Shown here in pieces: positions 33,740 to 44,900 of a stretch of 64,000 bases of DNA. The translations under genes were made by a program, and so were the position numbers. A model generated the notes under the pieces. It saw nothing but the letters and a program-made list of their open reading frames with translations. It ran no database searches and had not been told where the DNA came from. The stretch comes from Eutreptiella sp. 'Long Island Sound 2002' (Eukaryota > Protista > Euglenida), in contig OZ038379.1 in the NCBI GenBank assembly GCA_964036045.1, positions 69,564,001 to 69,628,000 on the forward strand. The letters run 5' to 3'. Position 1 is the stretch's first letter. Every line of letters starts with the position of its first letter.

Positions 33740-35165
33740 GGCACCTCATGACAACGGTGTTGAACCAAGACGCTCCGGCGTTTGGATTGGCTTAGCTTGA
33801 ACAACTTTTTGTAGTGTGCCTTGACGTGTCTAGTCTCACGTCGGCGCGTGTTTGTGCACCCCGGAGATGCGATGGTGAACAAGACCTCATCAACGGGTTG
33901 TTTCATTTACCCCAATATCATTCACGGATGGAGGTATCAACCACTCTTGAGACTTCGTGTGCCTAACGAGCAGAATGAGTTATACATGTCCTTTGGGGGC
34001 AATTGAACCACCGTAGATATCAATCTAGAATTTGCAGCAACGAGGACTAGTCGGCCAAGCATTGGGAAGGTTGCCCAAGCTAGCAAGGCTCATTTCTACC
34101 CCGGATTCCGGTCGACGCTAAGTTGTGGTACCCTCGCAAAGAACGAAGGATTTGCAGCTGGCATTGCCCCCAAGTCTCGTGCACTGCTACCATTACAAGC
34201 CGCATACCGCACCCGATTGTCGCCCAATCGGAATGGTGGCGCATGATGGTAGGATGATGATGAACTTCATCAGGGAGCCGGCCAATCTCCCCGCATCCGT
34301 GTCACCACCACGGCTTTGTGAGACTAGACCGGCACCACGCTAGTGTTGCATTGTGCAAGTTGGTGCGGCAGATGCCATGGGTCAACGTTAGCGGTGAAGC
34401 GTTTGGACCATCACTGCCACCTCCTAAACCGGTGTCTCAGTATGAATGTGATGCACCCGCTTGTGGTGTATGCCCCAACCTTGGCAACGAAGGTTGTTTC
34501 AGTCGATGCGGATGTCGCACCGAGGTGGTGCCCAACTTATGTCGAGAACATAAGGGTGATGCTCAACGACCATGCATCCGGAATTACCCGTGTTAGCAGA
34601 CCACCTGTGGAGTTGCGAATTCCTTTGGATGAACTTGATGGCAATCCCCAAAATTATTGGAATGCAATTTGCGCTCTATTGAGGTTGGACACTGCAAAAG
34701 GTCAACGGTTCTAGACCCGCAATTGTTTTCAATGCAGGAAGAACATTGAAACGTAGGAGGAAGTGGAACGAAGCGTGTTTTGTCGTTTGCAGCCATCAGA
34801 GCATCAATACATGCCCTAGCCAATGTGCCAGTTCTTGAGGTTGTTGCGGTCAGTGCCCGCGGGGCACCACCTGCAAAAACGGCGCAAGCCACCGGCACAT
34901 AGTTGTCGAGTGGGAACTCACGGGCGTCCATAGGTACGACTTTAACACCGTCACACAACCAAAGGCCTTCGTTCATAATAACGTATGCGGGAAAATGCTG
35001 TGGTGCGTTGTGCGCCAGCGCAAGTGTGTGCTCAACATGTGGCCCGTCGAAACAAAATTGGCGTGGAATTTGCACTACATGGTGTTCCCCCGCGAGCTCT
35101 GGTTGCACAAGGGATAAAGTTGCCTGCAGCCTGCATCCACAGTTAATAGTAGATGGGAGCAACAA
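33740..35165 (-). pseudogene. Possible second, highly decayed PIF1 C-half plus GIY-YIG remnant
   Basis: MNEGLWLCDGVKVV (NG-loop-like), CIPIILGIAI (motif V-like), YVLDISWA (motif VI-like) and LFTI..GCTNTRRRETRH (GIY-YIG-like). All matches are weak. Confidence 0.3.
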
Positions 35166-35500
35166 CAGGGGGTGGGGACGGAGAGGGGAAAGGAGGAGGC
35201 CTTACAGCACCTCTTTGGTGCTGCCAAGGAATGATGGCAGCAAGCAGAGGCGGCCAAGGGCCAGCTATCCGTGATGGGTTCGACAGTGCGATCGTTGCTG
35301 TTGCAACATGCGGGCGGGGAGGGCCCACTGTGGAAAATGTCCTCCCCATCTATGGGAACACAATGACAGCCCATGACAATGTACCTCCAAGTACCCCACG
35401 GAGACCATGGTAAAGGTTGCCTTCAGCCCCGATTTCATCATCCCCAAACCCCCTGCGCAATCGGGCACGGGCAGCAGGGGGAGCCAGGTTACTCCGTAGC
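35150..35500 (+). pseudogene. 3' end of ORF X (family A copy 2), directly upstream of the transposase
   Basis: YGNTMTAHDNV..YPTETMVKVAFSPDF..SGTGS aligns (across a frameshift) with YQAALYSHDVV..YPGDALVEGVTNPAF..FGTSTG of copy 1. Confidence 0.5.
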
Positions 35501-35863
35501 GACTTTCTAACCTCTCTCCGTTCCGTTTGGCACACTTTTGCGAAGATTGGCAACTTTGTACAACATCACATACCGCCTTTGCGAACAATGTTGCGAACAT
35601 GGCGCGAAGATCTTGCAATCTTCGCACCATGTTCGCGCGATTTGGCACTTTATGCGCACTGTGTCTTCTGTGTGCACCTTGCTTTCAGTTTGCAAACTTC
35701 GCGCGATGTACGCGTCATCTTGAAACAATTTTGTAATATATTCCTGGATGGTTGTGAATTGCACTTGGGGTGCGCTCCAAATTGCCACATGCTGCATCCT
35801 GCACAACATGAAGTGACCTGCAATGTTGCACCACTTGTTCTTTTCCAGTGCTGTGTTATTCTC

Positions 35864-37655
35864 ATGCCCCGTGGCACTGTACGCAAGGGAAGGAACCCCT
35901 CCTCCCACGTCAAGTCTGGACAACACAAGGCACGCCGACGCAAGTCGTTAGAGAACGTCGTTTCCCGGGAGCTAGGTGCACCCTACACGGTGCATTACGC
36001 GCCTGACACGGCCTAGATCTTGTTGACGCCGGTAGCCGGGGGAGGGGGGCGCAAACCCTGCAGCACCATCCCTGTGGGAGAAGACCGTGGCGGCGGTGTG
36101 GCGCATCCGGTCACTCCATCTACCTAGGACTGAGACGAAGCACCCGACTCCTCATCTAGTTGAAGGCGTACCCTGGGAGGCTGTGTGGGCCACAATGCAC
36201 CAGCTCGCAGAGCTTGCAGCGGAGGGCTTCGTTGCCATGACGGCTGAGGGTGTGGAGCTCTATGGTGCGGTATGCGTTGCCATGATGGGTGAGGGTGTGC
36301 AGCTCTATGGTGCCGTATGCCCATTACCAAAGCGTTGTAGCACCTTTATACCTGTCAACCGGTGGAATCAGTCCACGTCCAACAACCCGGCGATGCAAGA
36401 CTACATTGGATGCCGATTACCAGGTACATCACGCCATGAGGCGTCGTACGTCCATTGCAGGCTTGGGGGAACGAGCCGCCCCGATGAACTTGCTAGCTAG
36501 TGGCTACTAGGAGCTAGCAAGGAGTGGGCCACGTTGTACGCGCCCGCGGAGGAGGTGGAATTCGACCAACAATTGTGGCACGCAAGTAAGGTTGTATTCC
36601 AGGATACCAGCAGTTTGGACCGCGAAACACTTTTTTTTCTCTGCGCCGATGGCAAGGCACAAATTTTAATTGCCAATTGTAAGAATTGGAAAGCCAAGAC
36701 TGGCAAAGCCATGGTGTGTTGGGTATGTGGGTGCAATAGAGCACAATGTTTTGCCAATTTCGGGTTGAAAGACACCATCAACGGGTTGTGGGATGTGGTG
36801 CTCCCAATTGAAGTAATATATCAACGCATTGCAGCCGACGGCTCGATAGCGGACTACGGATTGCATGAGGTGCTGTGTGTCACTATATGTGGTATATCGG
36901 GCATGCGCGAGACAGTGGCAGCAGCTATGGGCAAGTCCGCCGCTGTCGTTGCGCGCAATTTGTTTGAGCCCATTCTAGATGTTGCCCGCATTTAAGCGAA
37001 GATGGTAACAAAGGGGAGGTTGAACAATAACAAGGCAAACAAGAAGGGAAAGGTTAGGTTGGACTGTGCCGCGGCTGTGCAATTCATGCGCATCCGGCGA
37101 TGGGAGGCACTCATTAGAATATGCCTTGAGGAGGGGGGAAGGAACAACAAGCGGGTGCACGGTGGACTATGGGGTGATGTTCGTAGAGAGTCGTGGGACA
37201 ATTTTGCCAAGATGTGTGTGTATGCATGGGAAACCACATGGCTGTCAGGGGGGGACGAAGGAAGGCTTGGCGATTATAGCATACGAATGGGCAAGGCCCA
37301 CTTAGTGTTAAAGTGGCCTAAGCTGCAATGGTCACATCTCTGGATTGATGACATGTATTTCTTGGCCCACAAGTGGAGCATTCACTCCAAATTTTCATGC
37401 TTTGCCATGGAAGGCAGCCACCGTAGGCTAAAGCGCATGCTGCGCAATAGCGGGGGCCTAAGCCTCCCGCATGGCCGCCTCGGTGTGCAAATTGTGGTTG
37501 ACAACCACACCATAGATGACAGCCTCCGTTGAGAGGGGTGAAATGTTACCTAGAGGTCCACGCGTGGAAACGGGCCCGTGACATTGCAGCATTGGGCGCA
37601 ACGTGCCCGCAAGAGGGCACTTAGTGGCCTCAACTATGTACAAGTCTTCTCATAG
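35864..37655 (+). pseudogene. Family A RAG1/Transib-like DDE transposase, copy 2 (near full length, disrupted)
   Basis: FLCADGKAQ (D2), CWVC, DYGLHEVL, YFLAHKW (Zn His) and FSCFAMEGSHRRLK (E, ~37410). The D1 codon region carries a small deletion. Confidence 0.78.
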
Positions 37656-38300
37656 CGTTCGAGACGCCGCCGCAAGCGGCGCGCCTAGGACATACGTACA
37701 TAGGACCATGGGTTGTGGTGGCTCTACGTAGTTGAGTTGGGGCACACCATGTGGTGGAGGGGCGCGCGTGTGCGAAAATGAATTCGAAAATCGCGCTATA
37801 TTTTCGTGAATTTGCTGTACATTCACGTTCCCATTGCCGCCGCAGACACAGGGAAAGCCCGCGGTAGGATTAGGGCATTTTGTGGGGCATTGTGGCACCG
37901 TGGCGTATGAAAAAGGGGACGTTTCTTCTCATGGGCACCCGGAAATTTAGAAATATTGCTAACATCCCAACTATGTGAAAATAGTTGTTCCTCCTCAGAA
38001 TCGTTCATTTGTGCACCCATATTCGCGCCATTGTCGCTCCCCATTCAAATGTTCCTTCACGGGCCGTTCAGAAAGGGTACAAAAACACACCCGACGTTTC
38101 TAGACTGTTCCATGGACCTTTGGCCCAGTTTCCACGGAATGATCCGAGGAAATCGTGGTTCTATTTGTGGAAGTGCAAACTATATCGTTTTTAGTTGGAT
38201 GCTTGTTGTCCAAGATTCCCTCTTGGCGGAAAGTTGCAAAAGTCATGCTTATTTTCTTCTTGTGCCAGTCTCTCAATTACCCATTTGTGTTTTGTAACTT
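37656..38300 (-). mobile_element. Convergent remnant related to the ORF X upstream region (TCGCG-rich stretch, TGTACCCTTT.TGAAC motif)
   Basis: The reverse complement of ~38040-38110 resembles 59120-59170. TTCGAAAATCGCGC-type motifs at 37770-37815. Confidence 0.4.
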
Positions 38301-40179
38301 CTGAGAGAGATGCCTACCGGTAGCCAATGCAGTGCATCCTGTGCGGCCCCTCAGCCCCCCCTTGCACAACCACAATTGGAATTTGACGGTGACCTCAGCG
38401 GTTGTGTTTTACGAAATGTTGAAGTGCCTAGACGGAGGGATGTGCGATCCTACATTCACCATGCCTTGGCGGCCGCTGAGGAAGGTAACCCCAAGCAACC
38501 ACAAAACCTCCTATGGGGCCACAACCCTTGCATTTTGGGTCCCACCCCCAAGTGTTATAGCGACTGCACATTTGCAGATTAATCTCATGAGCACCTTTGT
38601 GTGCCATACATGCATTAGAAGACCATATTATCGAGCCACCATCACGAAGTCATTTGCGACCTCAAATGTTCCCACTCCGATGTAGTGACTTGGTTCAAAG
38701 ACTTAGGCGGCCCTAACCGACCTGTGAGACCCGGGACGTCAGTTTTTAAAATCAGAATTTGGGGGGGTGTCTTGTACCACACGTTGCCTGTTAGAGCCGT
38801 GTCAATGCTGTGAACAGTGTTGTTTCTTTGTTTGCTGAGTGATGTGTTGCTTGCTATGTTGTGCTTTACACGATGTGGTGACCCGGTTGAAATTGTAATG
38901 TGTGTAGTCTGCTTGTGTCAATTACGAAGTACTAAACTATACAATCTTCGCATCATGTATATGCCCTTGTAAAACACTAAAATGAAAAAAGACTGAGCTA
39001 TGGCTCATTCTTTTGGCCAAACCTAGAAATACACCGGTGCATATGAGTGTTCGTGGAAAAGAATGAGCCAAAGCTCATTATTTTGGCCAAGTTCGTGTTT
39101 GCACACCCAATATAGTGCCCCCACAGCAGGCTGCTTCTTAGGTAGGCGAGACGTGTCACATTTGTGGTGGCAGCCCCTCAAAGGCTTCCACCACCAAGTT
39201 GCAGGGTTGGCACATGGACTATATTCTTGGTGGGCTATGGATTATTGGCTATGTGTTGGGCAATGGACATTGGCAAGGTATCCGTCTTCAATAATTTTTC
39301 GCTGTCATTCTCCATGTGCTTGGTTACCTGTAGACCAAGCCCCTTTCTATGCCTGTTTGCTGCTCAAGTATGGCTGCATGGTGACATTATGGATGCAGTG
39401 CCATCTGTCGCCTTCTTGGCTAGCAACACGTGCAAGACCAAGGATGACTTTCTGGATACTCTTAGTTCTGGGGGTCACCAGGCCGGGTTTCTTACCTTTG
39501 CTTTGTCACTTCGTTGAATCAGGCATACCCGCCCTACATTGTAGATGTTTCTTAGGCAACTTATGTCGCTGCGCAGCGGCAAGCGCACAGCTAGATGGTT
39601 TGGTTCAGCAGCTCGGGAGGCTTGTAATTTGTACCGTCTGGTGTTGTTATGTTGTCGTGTTCGTGGTGGCTTGTTTCATCTCGACGAGGAAGTTGCTCCC
39701 ACTCAGACGAAAACAAGCCGGCACCCTCTGGTTTATGTGCCCCACGTGCACCTTCTCTTGCAATTTGGGCACAGGACTGTGCCGCAGCTTTGTGGGCCTG
39801 TATGAAAGGCGCTATATTTGTTTTGTAGTTTGATAACTTTGTACCCTTCATGAACCGATTGTTTGAATGGGGGATTTACGGAGGTGGAAATTTGGCAACA
39901 TTTTGCTGTGTTTCACACGTAACTTGGTGCCATTGTGTGCGTTTCTCGTGCTATCTTGCGCAAAATTGGTGGAACAATAAGTGTTCCCAAATGTAAGGCC
40001 TTATATAGGTACCTGGTTCCACATATTCCGTGTTGTCCCGTCGAACCCGGTGCGAGTTCACCTAAATTCACACAAGAATCCCTCCAAATTCAAGGTTGTG
40101 AAATTCGTACGAAATTGGTAAGAATTTGTACCACTTTGCACTCTTTCGCTTTCCTACTCAGTTCTCATCGCCATTCATT

Positions 40180-41560
40180 ATTTGATTATGTCGCAAACGC
40201 TTCCGCAACTGCGGTCAATGAAGTACGACTGTGATGCTGCTTCCAACACCCCGGCGCAGTATCAAGCCCTCCCAGTCACCCATCACCAAATGGAGGAGGC
40301 GCCATACAACTCCGGGGCGCTGGCATTCGAAGAAGTAGTGGCTTTGGCAGCATCTATGGACCCCGGCCCCGAGGTTATTCACATGGATTTGCGCAGCCCC
40401 TCATTCTTCCATTGGGGGGAAGGCCTTGTCACTGAAGCTGTGGAGGGAACTCCGCTTTTGGGTCCCTCCCTTCGTATTTTGCAAATTTTCTATTGTTGCC
40501 GGTTCCACCCCACCCCACATGAGTCAAACACATCACTGAATTGTACGGCATTTGCTGCACCCCTTGTTAGTTAAGTTTTTGTGGGGTTTTCCATCCTTTT
40601 CCACACTACAAGCTTCTACTGCCCAGGTGGGCAAGTTGTTGACTAGCACTCAGCCAGTCTTCATGTCAGCACTATCTTACCTTATGGAAGACCACATACC
40701 CCCTCAATACATTGTTTCCCGTTGGATTTTCAACGAATGGCTGTGCACAGCTCCCGATGGCATCCCTTCATGCTTCTAGCCTTTCATTCAGGAACTCAGT
40801 CACATCTGCTTGGACGGGTATTAGCTGCGTGTGAAATATAGGACCACACTTCCCGTGTGCTCCCCATACTCATCAATGCAAAGCTACACTATAGTGTCTC
40901 ATACCATGAGTACAATGTGGGTCACAAGCTTTGTCGAACCCCTCCGGTGTACGGTATATGGCAGCCATATAAGTACACTGTTACTGTCACATATCGCCTT
41001 TCTTTCCCATTGATGGTGCCATTTAGCCATGGTATTGAGGTAGCCGATGTCCCGGTGTAAGCATTTCTCAAGCTGATCTTTATGGAGCGTATGTTCGCAT
41101 GTTTGTTTGTTTCTGCCTCCAAGTATAAGATCGGGATACAACAAAAGCTAGGGTTGCTGCGTGGTACGTGTCATCCCCCTAAGTTGGTATTCTCGAATGC
41201 CGGTCGGCTCCTGGGTCAGGCACACAGAGGGCATACCCTCCAGTTTGAATATACACCGGCACTATTCCCCATGGGGCACGTGGTTCGTGAGTCCGGCTGG
41301 TTTGTCTGTTTCGGAGAGGTAGCTCACAAGGTGTTACGGTATTCCTATGTAACTCTGACACATGCGCTGTATGAGTTTCCGTACAACGTTGAGTACCTAC
41401 CGACACCTTGAGGAAAGTTGTGAGGCATTGCTAGCAAGGCTTGTTGCTACCATGCGCGCCAGGTTAGGGTTAGGGTCAGGGTTGCATGATAGTCGCATTC
41501 AGCGACCCTTGCATGAATATGTTGATGGAAATGTACACAAGGTTGTGGGACGTTAGCTGA
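40180..41560 (+). pseudogene. Decayed putative DDE transposase of element C (Academ-like motif spacing)
   Basis: IVSRWIFN (WxDN-like), PILINAKLHY, VYGIWQPYK (GxWH/GxLH-like) and EESCEALLARL. Several catalytic positions are mutated, so the call rests on motif spacing and position inside TIRs. Confidence 0.35.
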
Positions 41561-42279
41561 CAAATACAGTTCCAACCGTCATCTGCGACCGCAATGAGAC
41601 GGTGATCATTAGTGTTGAGTGGCAAGCAGATTTTGCCTACCCTATCGCCCTCAGTAACCCCCTTGCCTGAACGGTGTACACCAACATGCTAACGCGTACT
41701 TTGTATACTCTTACCGGACCAGCGAACTTGTTAGAAGACAATGTGAGTTATTTGGACACGCATTTTTTGAAATACCCCCCCGATCGGGCATAGCTGCGTG
41801 CTCGTGTGATAGAGATTTTTCGCAAATCCGTTCCTGTTGGGGTACTACCCAAGGGAAAACAACCACCTTTAGTTCAACCGCAAAACGGGCCACAACAGCC
41901 AGGTGGTGGTGGGAATGGCCCCCTCCCGCCGTTTAGACCAAGGGCTCTCCATCTAGTGCGTGCTGCATTGCTTTTTGATGCTCATTCTGATGATGAGACA
42001 TATGTTGGGGATGATCTGTTGCCTGTTGATATGGGTCTGGAATTACGGTCCGTCCACTCGTCGGATTTGACCGAGGTTGGTAACTATGCTGTGCTCGAGG
42101 AGCGTTCCATGGTTGGGTCGGCGTTCTTAGCAGTCGGCTCGGATAATCACTGATCCGTCCGGGGAACACCCATGGCGCATTGTTTTTTGAAGAACTACCT
42201 TTGCTGTACCCTTTTATTGCTGTTTTCCCATTTCCTCATACTGTTCGGTAGTGGATGTTTTCTTTTTGGCTCGTTCCGG

Positions 42280-44900
42280 CTAACCCCCATGACAGACACT
42301 AACGAGGAGGCACCCCCAGCACCGGACATTGTTGTTGAGCAGAAGGAAACGGAAGAGGACACATTGAGTTCTTTTACAAAGGCTCTCCCAGCAGGCGAAA
42401 AGTTCCCCAAAACGGCCAAGGTGTCTCAAGTATGCGAAACTGTGGACAGGGAGAAGTACATTGAGCCAGTGCGACGGAAGATCCACATTTTGAAGCTCGA
42501 ATGGGACTGTGCAGCCAAGGTTGGACAGACCCGTCAAATGGACAACGATGTTGAGGCACGGTTGGAGTCACTACAGGCCAATCCCCCGCGTCAGCGACTA
42601 GAGGCTGTTGTTTGGATGGTTGAAGGTCCTGGCATGCCCTCTGTTGTTTGCCACCCAACATTGTTGTGCACGTGTGCCAAAGGGGGGGTTTCCTGCTTGC
42701 AATTTCGTCGGCCGAATGAGCTTTGGCTCATTCTTTTTGCAAAACGTTGATTTCTTGATGTGCAGACAAAACGCCCTTCATCATTGCAAAGCAGCACCTG
42801 ACCCGGGCTATGCGACTGCGGGCACGAGATACATTGAAGAAGAAGCAGACACCATCCTCATGGATGGCGACGGTGACTTGCCAAGTGGTATCCGGGAGAG
42901 CATAGTAGGGGAGGACAATGCCATTCAACACAGCATCATCACGTTGCACCTGTAACAGGTTGTTGACAAGTCTGTTAGCAGGTAATCGGAGTGCAGTATG
43001 TCAGTGCTGCGTCTGTTAATTGGTTGATGTTTTCCTCCTTTACTCTGTGGAATCCAACGACAAATGGATGATCCCACTAGTACGGACCCGCATGAGGCAG
43101 CGTACATGGGCGTTCGCAAGGTAGGCCTCATCAAAGCGAAGGTTACCATGGTATGGGCCCCCGCCCCGGCCCAAACAACAGCACCTGGTGGTCTGTGCAA
43201 CTTTGTGGCTCATGCACTGTGGCTTATGTGTCTAACAGGAAAGTGTCTGGCACACCTGGAAACCGTTGTATCTACTCTTCAGCCACACTGGCAACCGATA
43301 TCGGTAGCGTTGAGGTCGTACACGGAAAAAAGGAAAGAAGGTATTTTCGGACCATGCTTCGACCGTTTCGAATTGAAATCACCCATGGCTCATTCGTGCT
43401 GACTACGTTTCTCAAACCTGAGAATCACAGGCCTAAAGTGCACTTTGGGACTGTACCGTGATGAGGTAGAGGAGATTTGCATCTATCTCGGATCCGACAA
43501 TGCATCTGCGGTAGGCCTAGCAAAGCTCTTGAGAGGCCTCAAGCGTGACACGCAGTCGAAGCTAGTTTTTATGCATCTTTAGAACCTTTTGCTGCATCGC
43601 AGGAGAAGTATGTGCACAACTCCCCTGACAGGCTCGAAGACGTCTGGTGCGGTCATCCCCCCCCCTTGATGCGATACTAGGAACGCCTCAGGGTATGGTG
43701 AATGTGCGACGCCCAGTGGGACTAGCAGCGGTGAAATGTCATCTAGAAAGATGCACACCGCAGCATGAGGACGGCTACCCACCCTATCAATCAATCAAGA
43801 AAGCGCCGATTTGGGAAAGAGCGGAATGGGGCAGCTTCCGGAGCATCCTGGACAGACTTGTGCTCGAGCTTGAGTTGGAGACCAATGACAAGGCCTTACA
43901 CACGATGCACGTTGAACGGCACATTTCACGTGATGGGGAATCAATCCAGGGACAACAAGTGATGTTCGTCGAGATGGTGAAGCGGGCACTGCCGGAGGCC
44001 TTCACGAACCGTCGCTTTCACATGTTGTGCTTTGTAATGGGTCGCACCGCTGTTTGTGTGGTGCATATTTTGATCATTTGCAAAATTAATGTGCTTTGGC
44101 TCATTCCGTGAGCTGGACCTGCCTGGTCAACGGTGGAAAGAGCGTGTTGGTGCCCTGCCGATGGTTCTGCAGTTACAAGAAGACGAGGAGTTCTATCAGC
44201 ACCCATTGCTTCACCGGCGGCTTCGGGCTGGCAGTCCTATTTGTATGGTGGGTCCCGCGGTCGAAAGCAAGGCAGCTGAGATAGAGCTAAGTGGATCTGA
44301 GTCCTGTGCTGGTTGGAAGTGGCTGACAATCGGCGTGTATGACTCGAGCAATATGCATGCTTACTATAAATGGAAAGAAGTTCAAGCTGGTGTCGGGTTT
44401 CCGGAAAAAATCCCTGGGAAGATGCCTAATTACGTGAATGTGGACCACGGTGCTGTGAAGCCGCCAACGACGGTTGGCTTGTTCGGTCTTTTGGTGAAAT
44501 GTTTTGGTCTCTGCCCTAAGCAGCCTGACGGGGAGAACGCCAAAGTGCCTTGTGACATGCTCTGGATTCTAATTTGCACTTGTATGCCTGGTCTCCCTTT
44601 TCCAGTTGAAGGACTATATTGAAACAGTCTAGGCAGTGTATGCCAGTGGCAACCTTTATGTAGTCAAGTGGAGAGAGTGGTATAAATGCTTGCTGAGTTG
44701 TGTGCCCGTGACTGTGCACAAGCCCAAGGATGGGGACGACGATGATGAGGACCTAATTCCGGAAGAAGAGGAGGAAACCACACCACCAAAGAAGACCACA
44801 CCCCACAAACTGAACCGTGAGGAGAAGTCAGAGTCAGAGGTAGAGGAGGTAGGTAAGAATAAGAAAAAGAAGAAGAAAGAGGGACAACATCCGAAGGAGG
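42280..44900 (+). pseudogene. Large accessory ORF of element C: putative P-loop NTPase with an acidic/basic tail
   Basis: YMGVRKVGL (~43105, GxRxxGK-like) and LGLYRDEV (~43455, Walker B-like). C-terminal DDDDED..KKKKKK tract. Paralogue at 8600-10600. Confidence 0.35.

Noticed and set aside
34343-34714. Thioredoxin-like ORF (SWCGRC, VVSVDAD)
   Set aside because: Motif spacing is poor, the WCGxC context is atypical, and the opposite strand has competing helicase-like similarity.
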